A DNA stretch of 64,000 bases from an uncultured Clostridia bacterium (GTDB lineage Bacteria; Bacillota; Clostridia; Oscillospirales; Acutalibacteraceae). Positions 28,862 to 38,857 of this stretch are shown piece by piece; the first letter of the stretch is position 1; every line of letters begins with the position of its first letter. Made by a program: the position numbers and the translations under genes. The notes beneath the pieces are model-generated. The model made no database searches and was not told the origin of the DNA. It was given only the letters and a program-made list of their open reading frames with translations. The stretch is from assembly GCA_947630835.1 (NCBI GenBank), contig CANRIZ010000005.1, positions 14,349-78,348 on the forward strand. The letters run 5' to 3'.

Positions 28862-28877
28862 ATTTTAATTATATGTT
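28862..28877. repeat. Right copy of the 16-bp direct repeat flanking the IS
   Basis: ATTTTAATTATATGTT. Confidence 0.7.
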
Positions 28878-28889
28878 TACATTTAGATA

Positions 28890-28921
28890 AAAGAGCGCCC
28901 TCCCTGCGGACGGCGCCCTGT
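28890..28921 (-). terminator. Probable ftsH terminator
   Basis: On the minus strand: AGGGCGCC-12 nt loop-GGCGCTCT (8 bp including one GU), followed by TTTTATC, 8 nt after the ftsH stop. Confidence 0.5.
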
Positions 28922-28928
28922 ACAATTA

Positions 28929-30968
28929 TTACTGTTTTTCGTCTGTTTTGCCCGTATCGTCGGCGGGTTTTAAAGCTTGCTGTTCTTCGGGCGCTTTTTC
29001 GTAAGCCCCGCCGTCAATTTCGCCTTGGGGAGCCATAAGCGGCTCGGCAGGAGTTTCGGTAACGGCGGGCGTGTTCTCCGCGCCGCTTTCCTCCTCACCG
29101 TCGGGGTAAAGCTCCGGCAAATCCTCGCCGTTCATAAGCTTTAAAAATTCCTCGCCGGTAAGCTTTTCACGCTTTACAAGCTCGCCCGCAACCTTGTGAA
29201 GCTTATCTATATGCTCGGAAAGTATTTTCTCGGTTCTGTCGTAAGCGTTTAATATTATTTGCTCAACCTCATTGTCAATCTGGGAAGCGACGTTTTCGGA
29301 ATAATCCCTGATATGGTTGTAATCCTTGCCGAGGAACACCTCGTCGTTGCCCTGACCGAAGGCTATGGGTCCGAGCTTTTCGCTCATACCGTATTTTGTA
29401 ACCATCTTGCGGGCTACCTGACTCGCCCTCTCGATATCGTTTGAAGCTCCGGTTGAAATATCGTCAAAAATAAGCTGTTCTGCGACGCGCCCTCCGAGAA
29501 GCCCTACAATATCGTCAAGCATTCTCGATTTCATAAGGTGCATTTCGTCCTTTTCGGGCTGATACATTGTAAATCCGCCCGCCATACCTCTGGGTACGAT
29601 TGAAATGTGAGTAACCGGGTCTTTATTTTCAAGGTAATACGAGGAAACCGCATGACCCGCTTCGTGGTAAGCGGTAATTTTCTTATCCCGCTCGGAAATT
29701 TTGTGGGATTTCTTTTCCGTGCCGACAACGACCTTCATCGTCGCTTCCTCTATTTCCTTCATGGTGATTGCCTTTAATTTTTTTCTTGCGGCAAGCAAAG
29801 CGGCTTCGTTTAAAAGATTTTCAAGGTCTGCGCCGGTAAAGCCCACGGTTGCGCCGGCTATTTCGCGAAGCTTAACGTCGGGTCCCAAAGGCTTTTTCCT
29901 TGCATGAACCTTTAATATTTCCTCCCTGCCCTTTAAATCGGGATAATTAACGGTTATCTGCCTGTCAAATCTGCCGGGACGAAGAAGAGCCGGGTCAAGT
30001 ATGTCGGGACGGTTTGTTGCCGCCATAACTATTACGCCCTCGTTTTCGCCGAAGCCGTCCATTTCAACAAGCAGCTGGTTAAGGGTTTGCTCCCTTTCGT
30101 CATGTCCGCCGCCCATTCCGGCGCCCCTGTGGCGTCCTACCGCGTCAATTTCATCTATGAATATGATAGACGGCGAGTTTTTCTTTGCTTCGCCGAACAA
30201 GTCCCTTACACGGGAAGCGCCTACGCCGACGTACATCTCGACAAAGTCTGAACCCGAAATCGAGAAAAACGGTACGTTTGCTTCGCCCGCAACCGCCCTT
30301 GCAAGCAAGGTTTTACCCGTTCCGGGAGGGCCTACAAGCAGCACGCCCTTTGGTATCCTTGCGCCGAGAGCCGTAAACGAATTGGGGTCTTTTAAAAACT
30401 CGACTATTTCCTCAAGGTCTTCCTTTTCTTCGTCCGCTCCCGCAACGTCGGCAAAGGTTGTTTTGTTTTTGGTTTCGTCGTTCTTTCTGTAGCGAGCCTT
30501 ACCGAAGGACAGCGTTCTGTTGTTTTCGCTCTGAACGGTCTGGTTCATCTTCCTGAACATTATAAACATTACGACGGTCAAAAGAACCATCACCGCAACC
30601 GTCGGCAAAAGGCTTACCCACCAGGAATTTGCCGAACCCGAAACATAGTCCATTTTAATCTGTTTATCGGGATTTTCGGCATTGTATTTCACTACCTGCT
30701 GATGAATATCGTCAACGAACAGATTTACGTTCGGAACGGTATATTTATAAGTAGCCTTATCGCCCGCTTTTTTGTATTCAAGCACTCCGCTGCTCAAATT
30801 GAGCTTATATTCCGTAATCTCGTTGTTGCGGAACATATTGACTACCTGATAATACTGTGTTTTTGCCTTTGTGGCGTCGCCCATGGTCGAATAGTAGACT
30901 ATGCAAAGCACAAACACAAGCGGTATGATGATATAGGGTATAATCGCTCTGAAATTTATCTTTTTCAA
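28929..30968 (-). CDS. ftsH: ATP-dependent zinc metalloprotease FtsH
   Basis: Two N-terminal TM segments, AAA+ Walker [15 protein letters not shown] region, and zinc motif HEAGHAV. Confidence 0.97.
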   Translation of the reverse strand: MKKINFRAIIPYIIIPLVFVLCIVYYSTMGDATKAKTQYYQVVNMFRNNEITEYKLNLSSGVLEYKKAGDKATYKYTVPNVNLFVDDIHQQVVKYNAENPDKQIKMDYVSGSANSWWVSLLPTVAVMVLLTVVMFIMFRKMNQTVQSENNRTLSFGKARYRKNDETKNKTTFADVAGADEEKEDLEEIVEFLKDPNSFTALGARIPKGVLLVGPPGTGKTLLARAVAGEANVPFFSISGSDFVEMYVGVGASRVRDLFGEAKKNSPSIIFIDEIDAVGRHRGAGMGGGHDEREQTLNQLLVEMDGFGENEGVIVMAATNRPDILDPALLRPGRFDRQITVNYPDLKGREEILKVHARKKPLGPDVKLREIAGATVGFTGADLENLLNEAALLAARKKLKAITMKEIEEATMKVVVGTEKKSHKISERDKKITAYHEAGHAVSSYYLENKDPVTHISIVPRGMAGGFTMYQPEKDEMHLMKSRMLDDIVGLLGGRVAEQLIFDDISTGASNDIERASQVARKMVTKYGMSEKLGPIAFGQGNDEVFLGKDYNHIRDYSENVASQIDNEVEQIILNAYDRTEKILSEHIDKLHKVAGELVKREKLTGEEFLKLMNGEDLPELYPDGEEESGAENTPAVTETPAEPLMAPQGEIDGGAYEKAPEEQQALKPADDTGKTDEKQ

Positions 30969-30985
30969 TTTAGTTTACCTCTCCT

Positions 30986-31552
30986 TTATTCTCCGCCGTA
31001 AACAGATGGTTTAAGAATCCCTACATATGGCAGGTTTCTGTATTTTTCGTTGTAATCGAGGCCGTAGCCTACGACGAATGCGTCGGGTATTACCGCTCCC
31101 GAATAATCGGGTATTATTTTATCCTTCAACGCGGGATCTCTCCTGTCGGGCTTATCGAGAAGGGTACATATTTTTATGCTTTCGGGATTTCTTGCGCTCA
31201 AATAATATTCAAGATAATTAAGGGTTCTGCCGCTGTCGAGTATATCCTCTACTATAAGCAGATTTTTACCCTCTATTACGTTTGTATCGAGGTCCTTGAT
31301 TATCTTAACTATACCCGAGGATTTTGTTCCGCTTCCGTAAGAGGAAACCGACATAAAATCTATATAACAGGGAATTTTAATCGCCCGCATAAGGTCGCCC
31401 ATAAAGACGACCGAGCCCTTTAAAACGCTTACGAGTATAAGCTCTTTCCCCTCATAATCCTTCGATATGCGTTCGCCGAGCCCGTCGACAATTTCCTTTA
31501 ACTGCGCCTGCGAAAAAAGTATCTCCTTGATATCATTTTCCATATAATTCAC
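30986..31552 (-). CDS. hpt: Hypoxanthine(-guanine) phosphoribosyltransferase
   Basis: PRPP-binding motif LLIVEDILDSGRTL, and tilS-hpt-ftsH synteny. Confidence 0.93.
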   Translation of the reverse strand: MNYMENDIKEILFSQAQLKEIVDGLGERISKDYEGKELILVSVLKGSVVFMGDLMRAIKIPCYIDFMSVSSYGSGTKSSGIVKIIKDLDTNVIEGKNLLIVEDILDSGRTLNYLEYYLSARNPESIKICTLLDKPDRRDPALKDKIIPDYSGAVIPDAFVVGYGLDYNEKYRNLPYVGILKPSVYGGE

Positions 31553-31559
31553 CTTATCC

Positions 31560-32903
31560 CTAAAAATTTTCTATTTTTACGGTCATAATTTTTTTACTGT
31601 TTTTATCGGGGGAAAACTTTTTGGAGCTTCCGTAGCCCTCAACCCAAACGACCTCGTCGCCGTCCGCCAAAACGGCGATTTTTCCCCTTTCTTCCGAATG
31701 AATCTTATCTTCGATAAAAAGCTTTTTAAGGCTTTTTGTTACGTTTCTTTTGGTCAGCGTGATTTTATCGCCGCTTTCACGGCTTCTGAAGCAAAGCTTT
31801 TCTGATATTTTATCACAATCAATGCATTTGTCTATATATTCTTTATTAAAATTTTGTAAATCTTTGCTTTCGACTATCCCGATTACCGCTTTTGCGTAAG
31901 GCAAATTCGTTTCGCAGCTTTTTTTCTCTATTTCCACCCTCCATGGAGAAACGCCCTCTTGCGGGCCGGCAACGCTTAAATAACCGTTTTTGCTTTGAAT
32001 TTTCAAACCGCCCGCGGTATCGACGGCCTTGTTTTTGCCCAAAACGGATATTATATCCTCGATATGCCTCGAGCTTATATCGGAGCGTGTATGCTCGCTT
32101 AAATATCTGAATATTATTCTTTTTTGAAAAGCGCGGGGCAGTTTAAGGAGCTTTTCCTCGCAAATTGCGCCGTCTGAAACGCACAGCCCGTATTTTTCGT
32201 TTGCCGTAAATTCAAGCGCTTTCTCCTCCTGCCTTGCGAGGCAAATATACCTCGATATTGCGGATACTGCCGAGGAGTTTATTTCCTCTAATGCCGGAAT
32301 TACAATGTTTCTTATTTTATTTCTCGAATATTCGTTTTCAAAATTTGTGCTGTCGGTTACAAATTCAAGTGAATTTTCACTGCAATATTCCTCTATTTCC
32401 TTCCTCGGAGTTTCGATAAGCGGTCTTATAATATTTCCCCTTACCGGAGGAATGGAGCAAGCTCCCCTCGAGCCCGTTCCCCTTGCGAGATTAAACAAAA
32501 GCGTTTCTGCGCAGTCGTTTAAATTATGCGCCGTGGCGATTTTGCCGTTTTCGCCCGCCAAAGAAGCGAAAAACTCATAGCGAATTTTTCTGCCGTATTC
32601 CTCTTGGCTCATAGAATTGAGCTTTGCAAGACGGGGTACGTCTATATGCAAGGTCTTTAACTCTATGCCGTTATTGCGGCAGAAATCTATGCAAAAAAGC
32701 TCGTCGCCGTCGGCTTCTTTGCCCCTTATTGAGTGGTTTACATGGGCGCATATCAGCTTCAGCCCAAGCTCGTCCCTTAATTTCAAAAGAACGCTTGTTA
32801 GACTTACCGAATCCGCGCCGCCGGAAAGCCCGATAACTACGGTATCGCCGCTTTTAAGCATACCGTATTTGTTTATTACGGCAAGCACCGTATCCTTATT
32901 CAT
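31560..32903 (-). CDS. tilS: tRNA(Ile)-lysidine synthetase
   Basis: PP-loop GLSGGADSVSL and AHVNHSIRG. Overlaps the dnaB stop by 8 nt. Confidence 0.9.
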   Translation of the reverse strand: MNKDTVLAVINKYGMLKSGDTVVIGLSGGADSVSLTSVLLKLRDELGLKLICAHVNHSIRGKEADGDELFCIDFCRNNGIELKTLHIDVPRLAKLNSMSQEEYGRKIRYEFFASLAGENGKIATAHNLNDCAETLLFNLARGTGSRGACSIPPVRGNIIRPLIETPRKEIEEYCSENSLEFVTDSTNFENEYSRNKIRNIVIPALEEINSSAVSAISRYICLARQEEKALEFTANEKYGLCVSDGAICEEKLLKLPRAFQKRIIFRYLSEHTRSDISSRHIEDIISVLGKNKAVDTAGGLKIQSKNGYLSVAGPQEGVSPWRVEIEKKSCETNLPYAKAVIGIVESKDLQNFNKEYIDKCIDCDKISEKLCFRSRESGDKITLTKRNVTKSLKKLFIEDKIHSEERGKIAVLADGDEVVWVEGYGSSKKFSPDKNSKKIMTVKIENF

Positions 32904-34308
32904 TCTTAACCAACTCCGGAGTTGTAAAGAGGGTAAATTCCTTAATCCAATTAAGGTTTACGTCTCCCGTGCTTCCGTGGCGGTTCTTGACTACAAGCAC
33001 CTGAGCCGTGGTATCGTCCTGAACGCTCACCTCAACCCTTTCGCTGCCGACGGACGCCGCGGGAGGAGCGGAATTGCCCCTTGCATTATCCTTTTCCCTT
33101 TCGTAATAGCCCTCTCTGTAAAGCATAAGGATTATATCCGCGTCCTGCTCTATAGAACCGGATTCCCTTAAATCCGCCATCTGCGGACGGTGCGCCTTTC
33201 CCCTTGCGTCGGTTGAACGGTTAAGCTGGGAAAGGGCAATTACGGGTATTCTTAAATCCTTTGCCATAAGCTTCAGGCTTCTTGTTATTTCGGAAACCTC
33301 TTGAACGCGGTTGTCCGTTTTTTTACTGCCGGTCATAAGCTGTAAATAATCTATGATAACGCAGTCGACGTTTTTCATTCGCCTGACTCTCGCCTTCATT
33401 TCGGGAACCGTTATATTGGAAGAATCGTCAAAATAGAGCTCTGCGTCGTTGAGAGCCATTGCCGCTTCGGCTATCCTGCTCCACTCGCCCGTTTCGATAT
33501 CGCCCGTTCTGAATTTTGAGCCGGTAACCCTCGATTCGGTGGAAAGCACCCTTTCGGCAAGCTGTTCTTTGGACATTTCCAACGAAAAGAACACTACCTT
33601 CCTTTTTCCCGTAACCGCCATATTTCTCGCAATATTGAGCGCAAAGCTTGTTTTACCCATTGCCGGACGCGCGCCGACAAGCACGAGGTCGGATTTATTA
33701 AAGCCGGTAGTTATTTTGTCAAGCTGAGAAAAGCCGGTGGAAATGCCGAGATATTTTTCCCTGTCGGGGGAGGTTTTCTTCCTTAAATCCTCATAAACCT
33801 CGTCGGAAATTATATCGCTTAATTTTGTGGGGCCGTCGGAGCTTCTGCCCTGACGTATGTTGTAAATTTTCTGCTCGGCATTGTTTAAAATATCGTCGGC
33901 GGACGCTTCCTGTGCCGCAACGTCGTCGACAATATCCTTTGCGACCGACATAAGGGTACGCAAAACATATTTCTCTTTTACTATTTTTGCATACGCCGTT
34001 ACGTTTGCGGTGGAAACCACAACCTGCGCAAGCTGAGCAAGATAATTCCTGCCGCCGGCGTCGTCGTAAACGCCCCTGCCCTTTAATTCCTCAAGGACTA
34101 TAAGAGCGTCGTACTTTTCGCCCATCGCGTCAAGATTTATAATAGCGGAATATATTTCCCTGTGCTGCGGGATATAGAAGCAATCGCTTTTTAAAATATC
34201 GACAACGCTCAGCAGACAGCCGGGATCAATCAGCAGGCAGCCGAGAACGGCCTGTTCCGCCTCAAGGCTGTAAGGCTCGTTAGACGAATCGAACAAAATA
34301 TTATCCAT
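32896..34308 (-). CDS. dnaB: Replicative DNA helicase (DnaB family; DnaC in Bacillus nomenclature)
   Basis: EAEQAVLGCLL N-terminal domain, Walker A GARPAMGKTSFALN, IIDYLQLM, and SQLNR. Confidence 0.95.
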   Translation of the reverse strand: MDNILFDSSNEPYSLEAEQAVLGCLLIDPGCLLSVVDILKSDCFYIPQHREIYSAIINLDAMGEKYDALIVLEELKGRGVYDDAGGRNYLAQLAQVVVSTANVTAYAKIVKEKYVLRTLMSVAKDIVDDVAAQEASADDILNNAEQKIYNIRQGRSSDGPTKLSDIISDEVYEDLRKKTSPDREKYLGISTGFSQLDKITTGFNKSDLVLVGARPAMGKTSFALNIARNMAVTGKRKVVFFSLEMSKEQLAERVLSTESRVTGSKFRTGDIETGEWSRIAEAAMALNDAELYFDDSSNITVPEMKARVRRMKNVDCVIIDYLQLMTGSKKTDNRVQEVSEITRSLKLMAKDLRIPVIALSQLNRSTDARGKAHRPQMADLRESGSIEQDADIILMLYREGYYEREKDNARGNSAPPAASVGSERVEVSVQDDTTAQVLVVKNRHGSTGDVNLNWIKEFTLFTTPELVKNE

Positions 34309-34325
34309 AATCCTGCTCCCGAAAA

Positions 34326-34766
34326 TTATTCGCCCACTTCAACGCTTATGCAAGCGGAAATGTTCTGATAAATCTTGATTTCGGCGGAATATGTACCGAA
34401 ATTCTTTATATCCGACATTGAAATTTTCCTCTTGTCAACATCGCAGCCGAGCTGAAGCTTAATCTGCTCGGCAACGTCCTTGGAGGTTACGGAGCCGAAA
34501 AGCTTGCCGTTCGCGCCCGCCTTTGCGGTAAGCTTTACCGTTTTGCCGTCGAGTTTTTGCTTGGCAAGATTCGCGTTTTCGATTTCAACCTCAAGCTTAT
34601 GCTGCTTTGAAGACTCGCTGTTTTTGTATTCCGTTAACGCCTGAGCGTTTGCCTCGACTGCGAGATTCTTGGGGAAAAGATAATTCCTTGCGTATCCGTC
34701 CGAAGCCTTAACCTTATCGCCCTTTTTGCCCAAGCCCTTAACGTCCTGTTTTAAAATTACTTCCAT
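34326..34766 (-). CDS. rplI: 50S ribosomal protein L9
   Basis: MEVILKQDVKGLGKKGDKVKASDGYARNYLFPKNLA. Confidence 0.95.
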   Translation of the reverse strand: MEVILKQDVKGLGKKGDKVKASDGYARNYLFPKNLAVEANAQALTEYKNSESSKQHKLEVEIENANLAKQKLDGKTVKLTAKAGANGKLFGSVTSKDVAEQIKLQLGCDVDKRKISMSDIKNFGTYSAEIKIYQNISACISVEVGE

Positions 34767-34799
34767 AATTTACGTTCTCCTTTCGGCGGTATGTATAAA

Positions 34800-36764
34800 T
34801 CAATCGATTTCTTTCAAATATTTGTCTATGGCGCGTTCCAATTCGTTTTTAACGTTTTCCAAATCCCCGCCCTCTATCTGACAGGCGGCCATGGTCTGGT
34901 GTCCTCCGCCGCCGAAATATTCCATAATGACCTGCACGTTTACAGCGCCCATGGAACGGGCGGAAATATTGACCGTTTCCCCGGTTTTAAATATTACGAA
35001 CGACGCCTGAACGCTGTTAATGGTAAGCAGCTCGTCCGCCGCCTGAGCGCATATCAAACGCACGTCCTTTGAATTTATGTCGGAAACGGAGATTGCAAAA
35101 TTTTTATACTCGTATGCTGACAGCACGACCTGCCCTCTAAGCTGTCTGTTTTCAAGCGTATCGTTGAAAAACTGCTTAACTGTAACGGTATCCGCACCCA
35201 TAGAACGCAGGTAAGCCGCGGCTTCAAAGGTTCTCGCTCCGGCTCTTAAAACAAAGTTTTTGGTGTCGAGCATAATACCCGCCAGCAGGGAATTTGCCGC
35301 AGCCGCATTAAGCTTTACGGCAGGTATGTACTGGGTAAGCTCCGCTACCATTTCGCTTGCCGACGAAGCCTTGGGTTCGTGATAAAATATTACCGAATTC
35401 TGTATATAATCGACGGTTTTTCTGTGATGGTCAATAACTACTACCTTATTTGCCTTTTCGTATATCTTTTTGCTTTCAAGGAAATCCGCCCTGTGCGTAT
35501 CCACTATTATAAGCAGGGTTTTATCGTTCATAATATGCTCGGCGTAATCGGGCAAAATGAGATTCCCGTCAAGATTATTGTTTTTAAGATAGTTAATAAG
35601 CGGCGCGGCAAGGCTCGTTTTCGGGGAAAGCGCAATCCTCGCTTCCCTACCCAGGTCCTGGCATATCTTTAAAACGCCGATTGCCGCTCCGAGGCAGTCA
35701 AGATCCGAAAACTTATGGCCCATAATTATGACGTTATCCGACGTGTTTATTGTTTCCGACAAAGCGGAAGCCATAATTCTCGAACGAACCTTCGTATGCC
35801 TTTCCATACCCGATGAAACTCCGCCTATAAACGTATAGCTCTCGTCGGGATTTTTAAGAGCAAGCTGGTCGCCGCCTCTGCCCAGCGCCATATCGAGGGC
35901 CTGCGTTGCGGAAAGCTCCGCCTCGTTTAAATCGTTTCCCCTGCCCGCGCCTATCGAAAGAGTGACGCCCACCTTCTTGTCGGCGTAGGTGAAATCCCTT
36001 ACCTGCTCAAGAACGAAAAATTTGTTTTTAAGCATTTTTTCAAGTTCTTTTTCCGAAACAACGCATATGAACCTGCCGTTGCCGAGCTTCCTGAAAACGC
36101 CGGAATAATCCGAAAACCAGCTTTCGGTTATAAGTTCGATATTGGCAACTATCTCGGCGCTTTCCGTTTCCCTGTACGAATGGACTATTTCGTCAAGCGA
36201 ATCAACCGTTACAAGCAAAACAACGGGCTTGGAAAGCTCGTATTCCCTTGCGGTGCGTTTGAGACGGGTATTATCCACAAAATACAGGGCATAAGCTCCG
36301 CTTGAGCCGTTTACCCGAGAAAAATAAACGCTGTATTCCCTGTCGCCTATTTCCGCCTCAAAGCTTTGAGAATTTGTAATTTCCTCAATTCCCCTGCCAC
36401 CGGTGAAATTACCCACGCCGTCGTATTTAAACTCGTTAGCGCCTATGACATAATCCCTGAAAAGCCCGTTATACCAAAGTATTTTGCCGGTATCGTCAAA
36501 TACAAGCAAGGGTAGAGGAAAATCCGATAAATTACCGCCCTCGCCGTAAGACAGACTGTCGTTTAAAGAACCGACCGTTTCCTTTACGGCGTTAAAGCTC
36601 TTATTTAAAAAAAGCACAATAACAAGCGCCGTTATCAGCAGACACGCAAGCTCGAAAACCGCCGTTTTGGGATTTATAAAAAAATCGAAAATACAGACGG
36701 CGAGCATTAAAACCAACGCGGCAAAAATCAGAGGATGAATTTTGACAAACTGTCTCAGCTTCAA
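34800..36764 (-). CDS. gdpP: GdpP/YybT-type DHH/DHHA1 c-di-AMP phosphodiesterase
   Basis: Two N-terminal TM segments, a PAS-like and degenerate GGDEF region, DHH motif (VVIDHHR) and GGGH. It follows the conserved gdpP-rplI-dnaB order. Confidence 0.85.
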   Translation of the reverse strand: MKLRQFVKIHPLIFAALVLMLAVCIFDFFINPKTAVFELACLLITALVIVLFLNKSFNAVKETVGSLNDSLSYGEGGNLSDFPLPLLVFDDTGKILWYNGLFRDYVIGANEFKYDGVGNFTGGRGIEEITNSQSFEAEIGDREYSVYFSRVNGSSGAYALYFVDNTRLKRTAREYELSKPVVLLVTVDSLDEIVHSYRETESAEIVANIELITESWFSDYSGVFRKLGNGRFICVVSEKELEKMLKNKFFVLEQVRDFTYADKKVGVTLSIGAGRGNDLNEAELSATQALDMALGRGGDQLALKNPDESYTFIGGVSSGMERHTKVRSRIMASALSETINTSDNVIIMGHKFSDLDCLGAAIGVLKICQDLGREARIALSPKTSLAAPLINYLKNNNLDGNLILPDYAEHIMNDKTLLIIVDTHRADFLESKKIYEKANKVVVIDHHRKTVDYIQNSVIFYHEPKASSASEMVAELTQYIPAVKLNAAAANSLLAGIMLDTKNFVLRAGARTFEAAAYLRSMGADTVTVKQFFNDTLENRQLRGQVVLSAYEYKNFAISVSDINSKDVRLICAQAADELLTINSVQASFVIFKTGETVNISARSMGAVNVQVIMEYFGGGGHQTMAACQIEGGDLENVKNELERAIDKYLKEID

Positions 36765-36767
36765 AGC

Positions 36768-38642
36768 TTACACCTCCATTATTACGGGCAAAACCATGGG
36801 ACTGCGTTTGGTTTTTGAATAAATCTGTTTTAAAACCGCGCTCCTGAGCCTGATTTTTAAGGTTGAGTAATCGCCGATGCCCTCGTACATGCAATCGGTT
36901 AAAACATTTTCGCAAAGCCGCCTTGTTTCGTCTATAAGCTCTTCGGATTCCCGAACGTAAACAAAGCCCCTCGTTATAACCTCGGGTCCGGATACGACCG
37001 TTCCCGTTTCACGCTCAACAGACAGCGCAATAATAACTATGCCGTCCTCGGCAAGCTTGGTTCTGTCGCGCATTACAACAGAGCCTACGTCGCCTACGCC
37101 CGAGCCGTCAACAAAAACCATACCCGAATGAACGTCCTGCGCAAAGCTGATTTTGCTTTTTGTAATGCTTACGGACTTTCCGTTGTCGGCAATTACAATC
37201 CTGCCCGGGTCAATACCCATAGATTCGGCGAGGGAAGCGTGCTTTCTCAAATGCTTCTGCTCACCGTGAACGGGTATAAAATATTGGGGTTTGGTAAGGC
37301 TGAGCATTATTTTAAGCTCCTCCTGGCAGGCGTGGCCGGAAACGTGGACGTCGTACATTCTCTCGTACACAACCTCCGCGCCCTGCTTTAAAAGCTCGTC
37401 GACTACCCTGCCGACCATTTTTTCGTTGCCGGGTATGGGCTGAGCCGAAATTATAACGTAATCGTTCGGACCTATTTCTACCTTTCTGTGTTCGGAAAAG
37501 GCCATCCTGTACAGCGCAGACATAGGCTCGCCCTGACTGCCCGTTGTAACGACAACCATTTTGTCGGAGGGGTAGCGATGAATGGAATCTATGCCTACAA
37601 GCACGCCCTCGGGGATATTGAGATAGCCGAGCTCGGCGGCAACGGTAACTACGTTTTCAAGGCTTCTGCCCGAAAGAGCAACCTTTCTGCCGTAGCTTTC
37701 GGCGGCGTTTATAATCTGCTGTACTCTGTGAATATTTGAAGCGAAGGTAGCCACGATAAGTCTCTTGCCGTTTGCCTTTGCAAAAAGCGTTTCAAACGTG
37801 GCTCCGACCTTGCTCTCGGACTCCGTGAAGCCCGGCTTTGCGGCGTTTGTAGAATCCGACAAAAGGCATAATACGCCCTCGTTTCCAAGCTCCGCAAGCC
37901 TTGCCATATCTATTATTCCGCCGTCTATGGGCGTAGTGTCGATTTTAAAATCCCCCGTCTGGATTACAACGCCCGCCGGAGATTTAATCGCAAGCGCGAC
38001 GGCGTCGGGAATCGAATGATTTACATGAATAAACTCAACCTCAAAGCAGCCGACGCTCACCTTGCCGCCCGGATTTATTACGTTTAATTCCGCCCTGTCA
38101 AGCAGGTCGTGCTCTCTGAGCTTTCCCTCGATAAGCCCTATGGTAAGTCTTGTTGAATAGACGGGAATATTAATTTCCTTTAAAAGATACGCAAGCCCGC
38201 CTATGTGGTCCTCATGGCCGTGCGTTATGAAAATACCCTTGATTTTATCCGCATTTTCAACCGCATATGAAAAATCCGGTATAACTATATCGACGCCGAG
38301 CATTTCGGGATCGGGGAACTCAAGACCGCAATCTACAAGTATCATATCCCCGTTACATTCGTAAAGAGTCATATTTTTGCCGACCTCGTTAAGGCCGCCG
38401 AGGAAAGAAATTCTAACGGGTGTTTCGGATTTTCTGTCGTTATAATTCTTTCTGCCCCTCTGCCCGGGCGTCCCTTTGCCTTGGAAAGGATTGGACGTTT
38501 TTCTGCCGTTTTGATAAAAGCTCTTCTGACCTTTTTTGATAGAGCTTTGCTGCCTGGAATATTTTGCCTTGTTTGAAGCGGCGGATTGCGTAGATTTATT
38601 CTGAGCAGACGGTCGTTTCTGTTTCTGTTTTCCTGTTGCCAT
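36768..38642 (-). CDS. rnj: Ribonuclease J with an N-terminal basic, low-complexity extension of about 75 aa
   Basis: Beta-CASP/MBL motifs HGHEDHIGG, DFK, and the RNase J C-terminal domain. The N-terminus is MATGKQKQKRPSAQNKSTQSAASNKAKYSRQQSS..., with no alternative in-frame start before the MBL core. Confidence 0.9.
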   Translation of the reverse strand: MATGKQKQKRPSAQNKSTQSAASNKAKYSRQQSSIKKGQKSFYQNGRKTSNPFQGKGTPGQRGRKNYNDRKSETPVRISFLGGLNEVGKNMTLYECNGDMILVDCGLEFPDPEMLGVDIVIPDFSYAVENADKIKGIFITHGHEDHIGGLAYLLKEINIPVYSTRLTIGLIEGKLREHDLLDRAELNVINPGGKVSVGCFEVEFIHVNHSIPDAVALAIKSPAGVVIQTGDFKIDTTPIDGGIIDMARLAELGNEGVLCLLSDSTNAAKPGFTESESKVGATFETLFAKANGKRLIVATFASNIHRVQQIINAAESYGRKVALSGRSLENVVTVAAELGYLNIPEGVLVGIDSIHRYPSDKMVVVTTGSQGEPMSALYRMAFSEHRKVEIGPNDYVIISAQPIPGNEKMVGRVVDELLKQGAEVVYERMYDVHVSGHACQEELKIMLSLTKPQYFIPVHGEQKHLRKHASLAESMGIDPGRIVIADNGKSVSITKSKISFAQDVHSGMVFVDGSGVGDVGSVVMRDRTKLAEDGIVIIALSVERETGTVVSGPEVITRGFVYVRESEELIDETRRLCENVLTDCMYEGIGDYSTLKIRLRSAVLKQIYSKTKRSPMVLPVIMEV

Positions 38643-38738
38643 TTAGTCACTCCTGTATTTTTCTGAAATATAAAACGTACAAAATTATATGTAAATTCAA
38701 TATATCCGATATAAATAATATATACTATCAGACTTAAT

Positions 38739-38767
38739 ATAATACTCTAAAAAAGTCAATCTGTCAA
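38739..38767 (-). promoter_or_regulatory. Candidate sigma-70 promoter for rnj (TTGACA-17-TATTAT)
   Basis: On the minus strand, TTGACA (38767-38762), a 17-nt spacer, and TATTAT (38744-38739). This implies an AT-rich 5' UTR of about 90 nt. Confidence 0.4.
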
Positions 38768-38828
38768 TTACGCCGGCGGCGCTTTTTGAAATAAGAAAAA
38801 GTTTTTAAGGTTCATAATTTTCCGCTTT

Positions 38829-38857
38829 AAAAAATTCCCCTCTCTCAAGGGGATTTT
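38829..38857 (-). terminator. Terminator overlapping the stop codon of the 394-aa gene
   Basis: On the minus strand: AAATCCCCT-tgagag-AGGGGAATTT followed by TTTAAAG. Confidence 0.6.
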
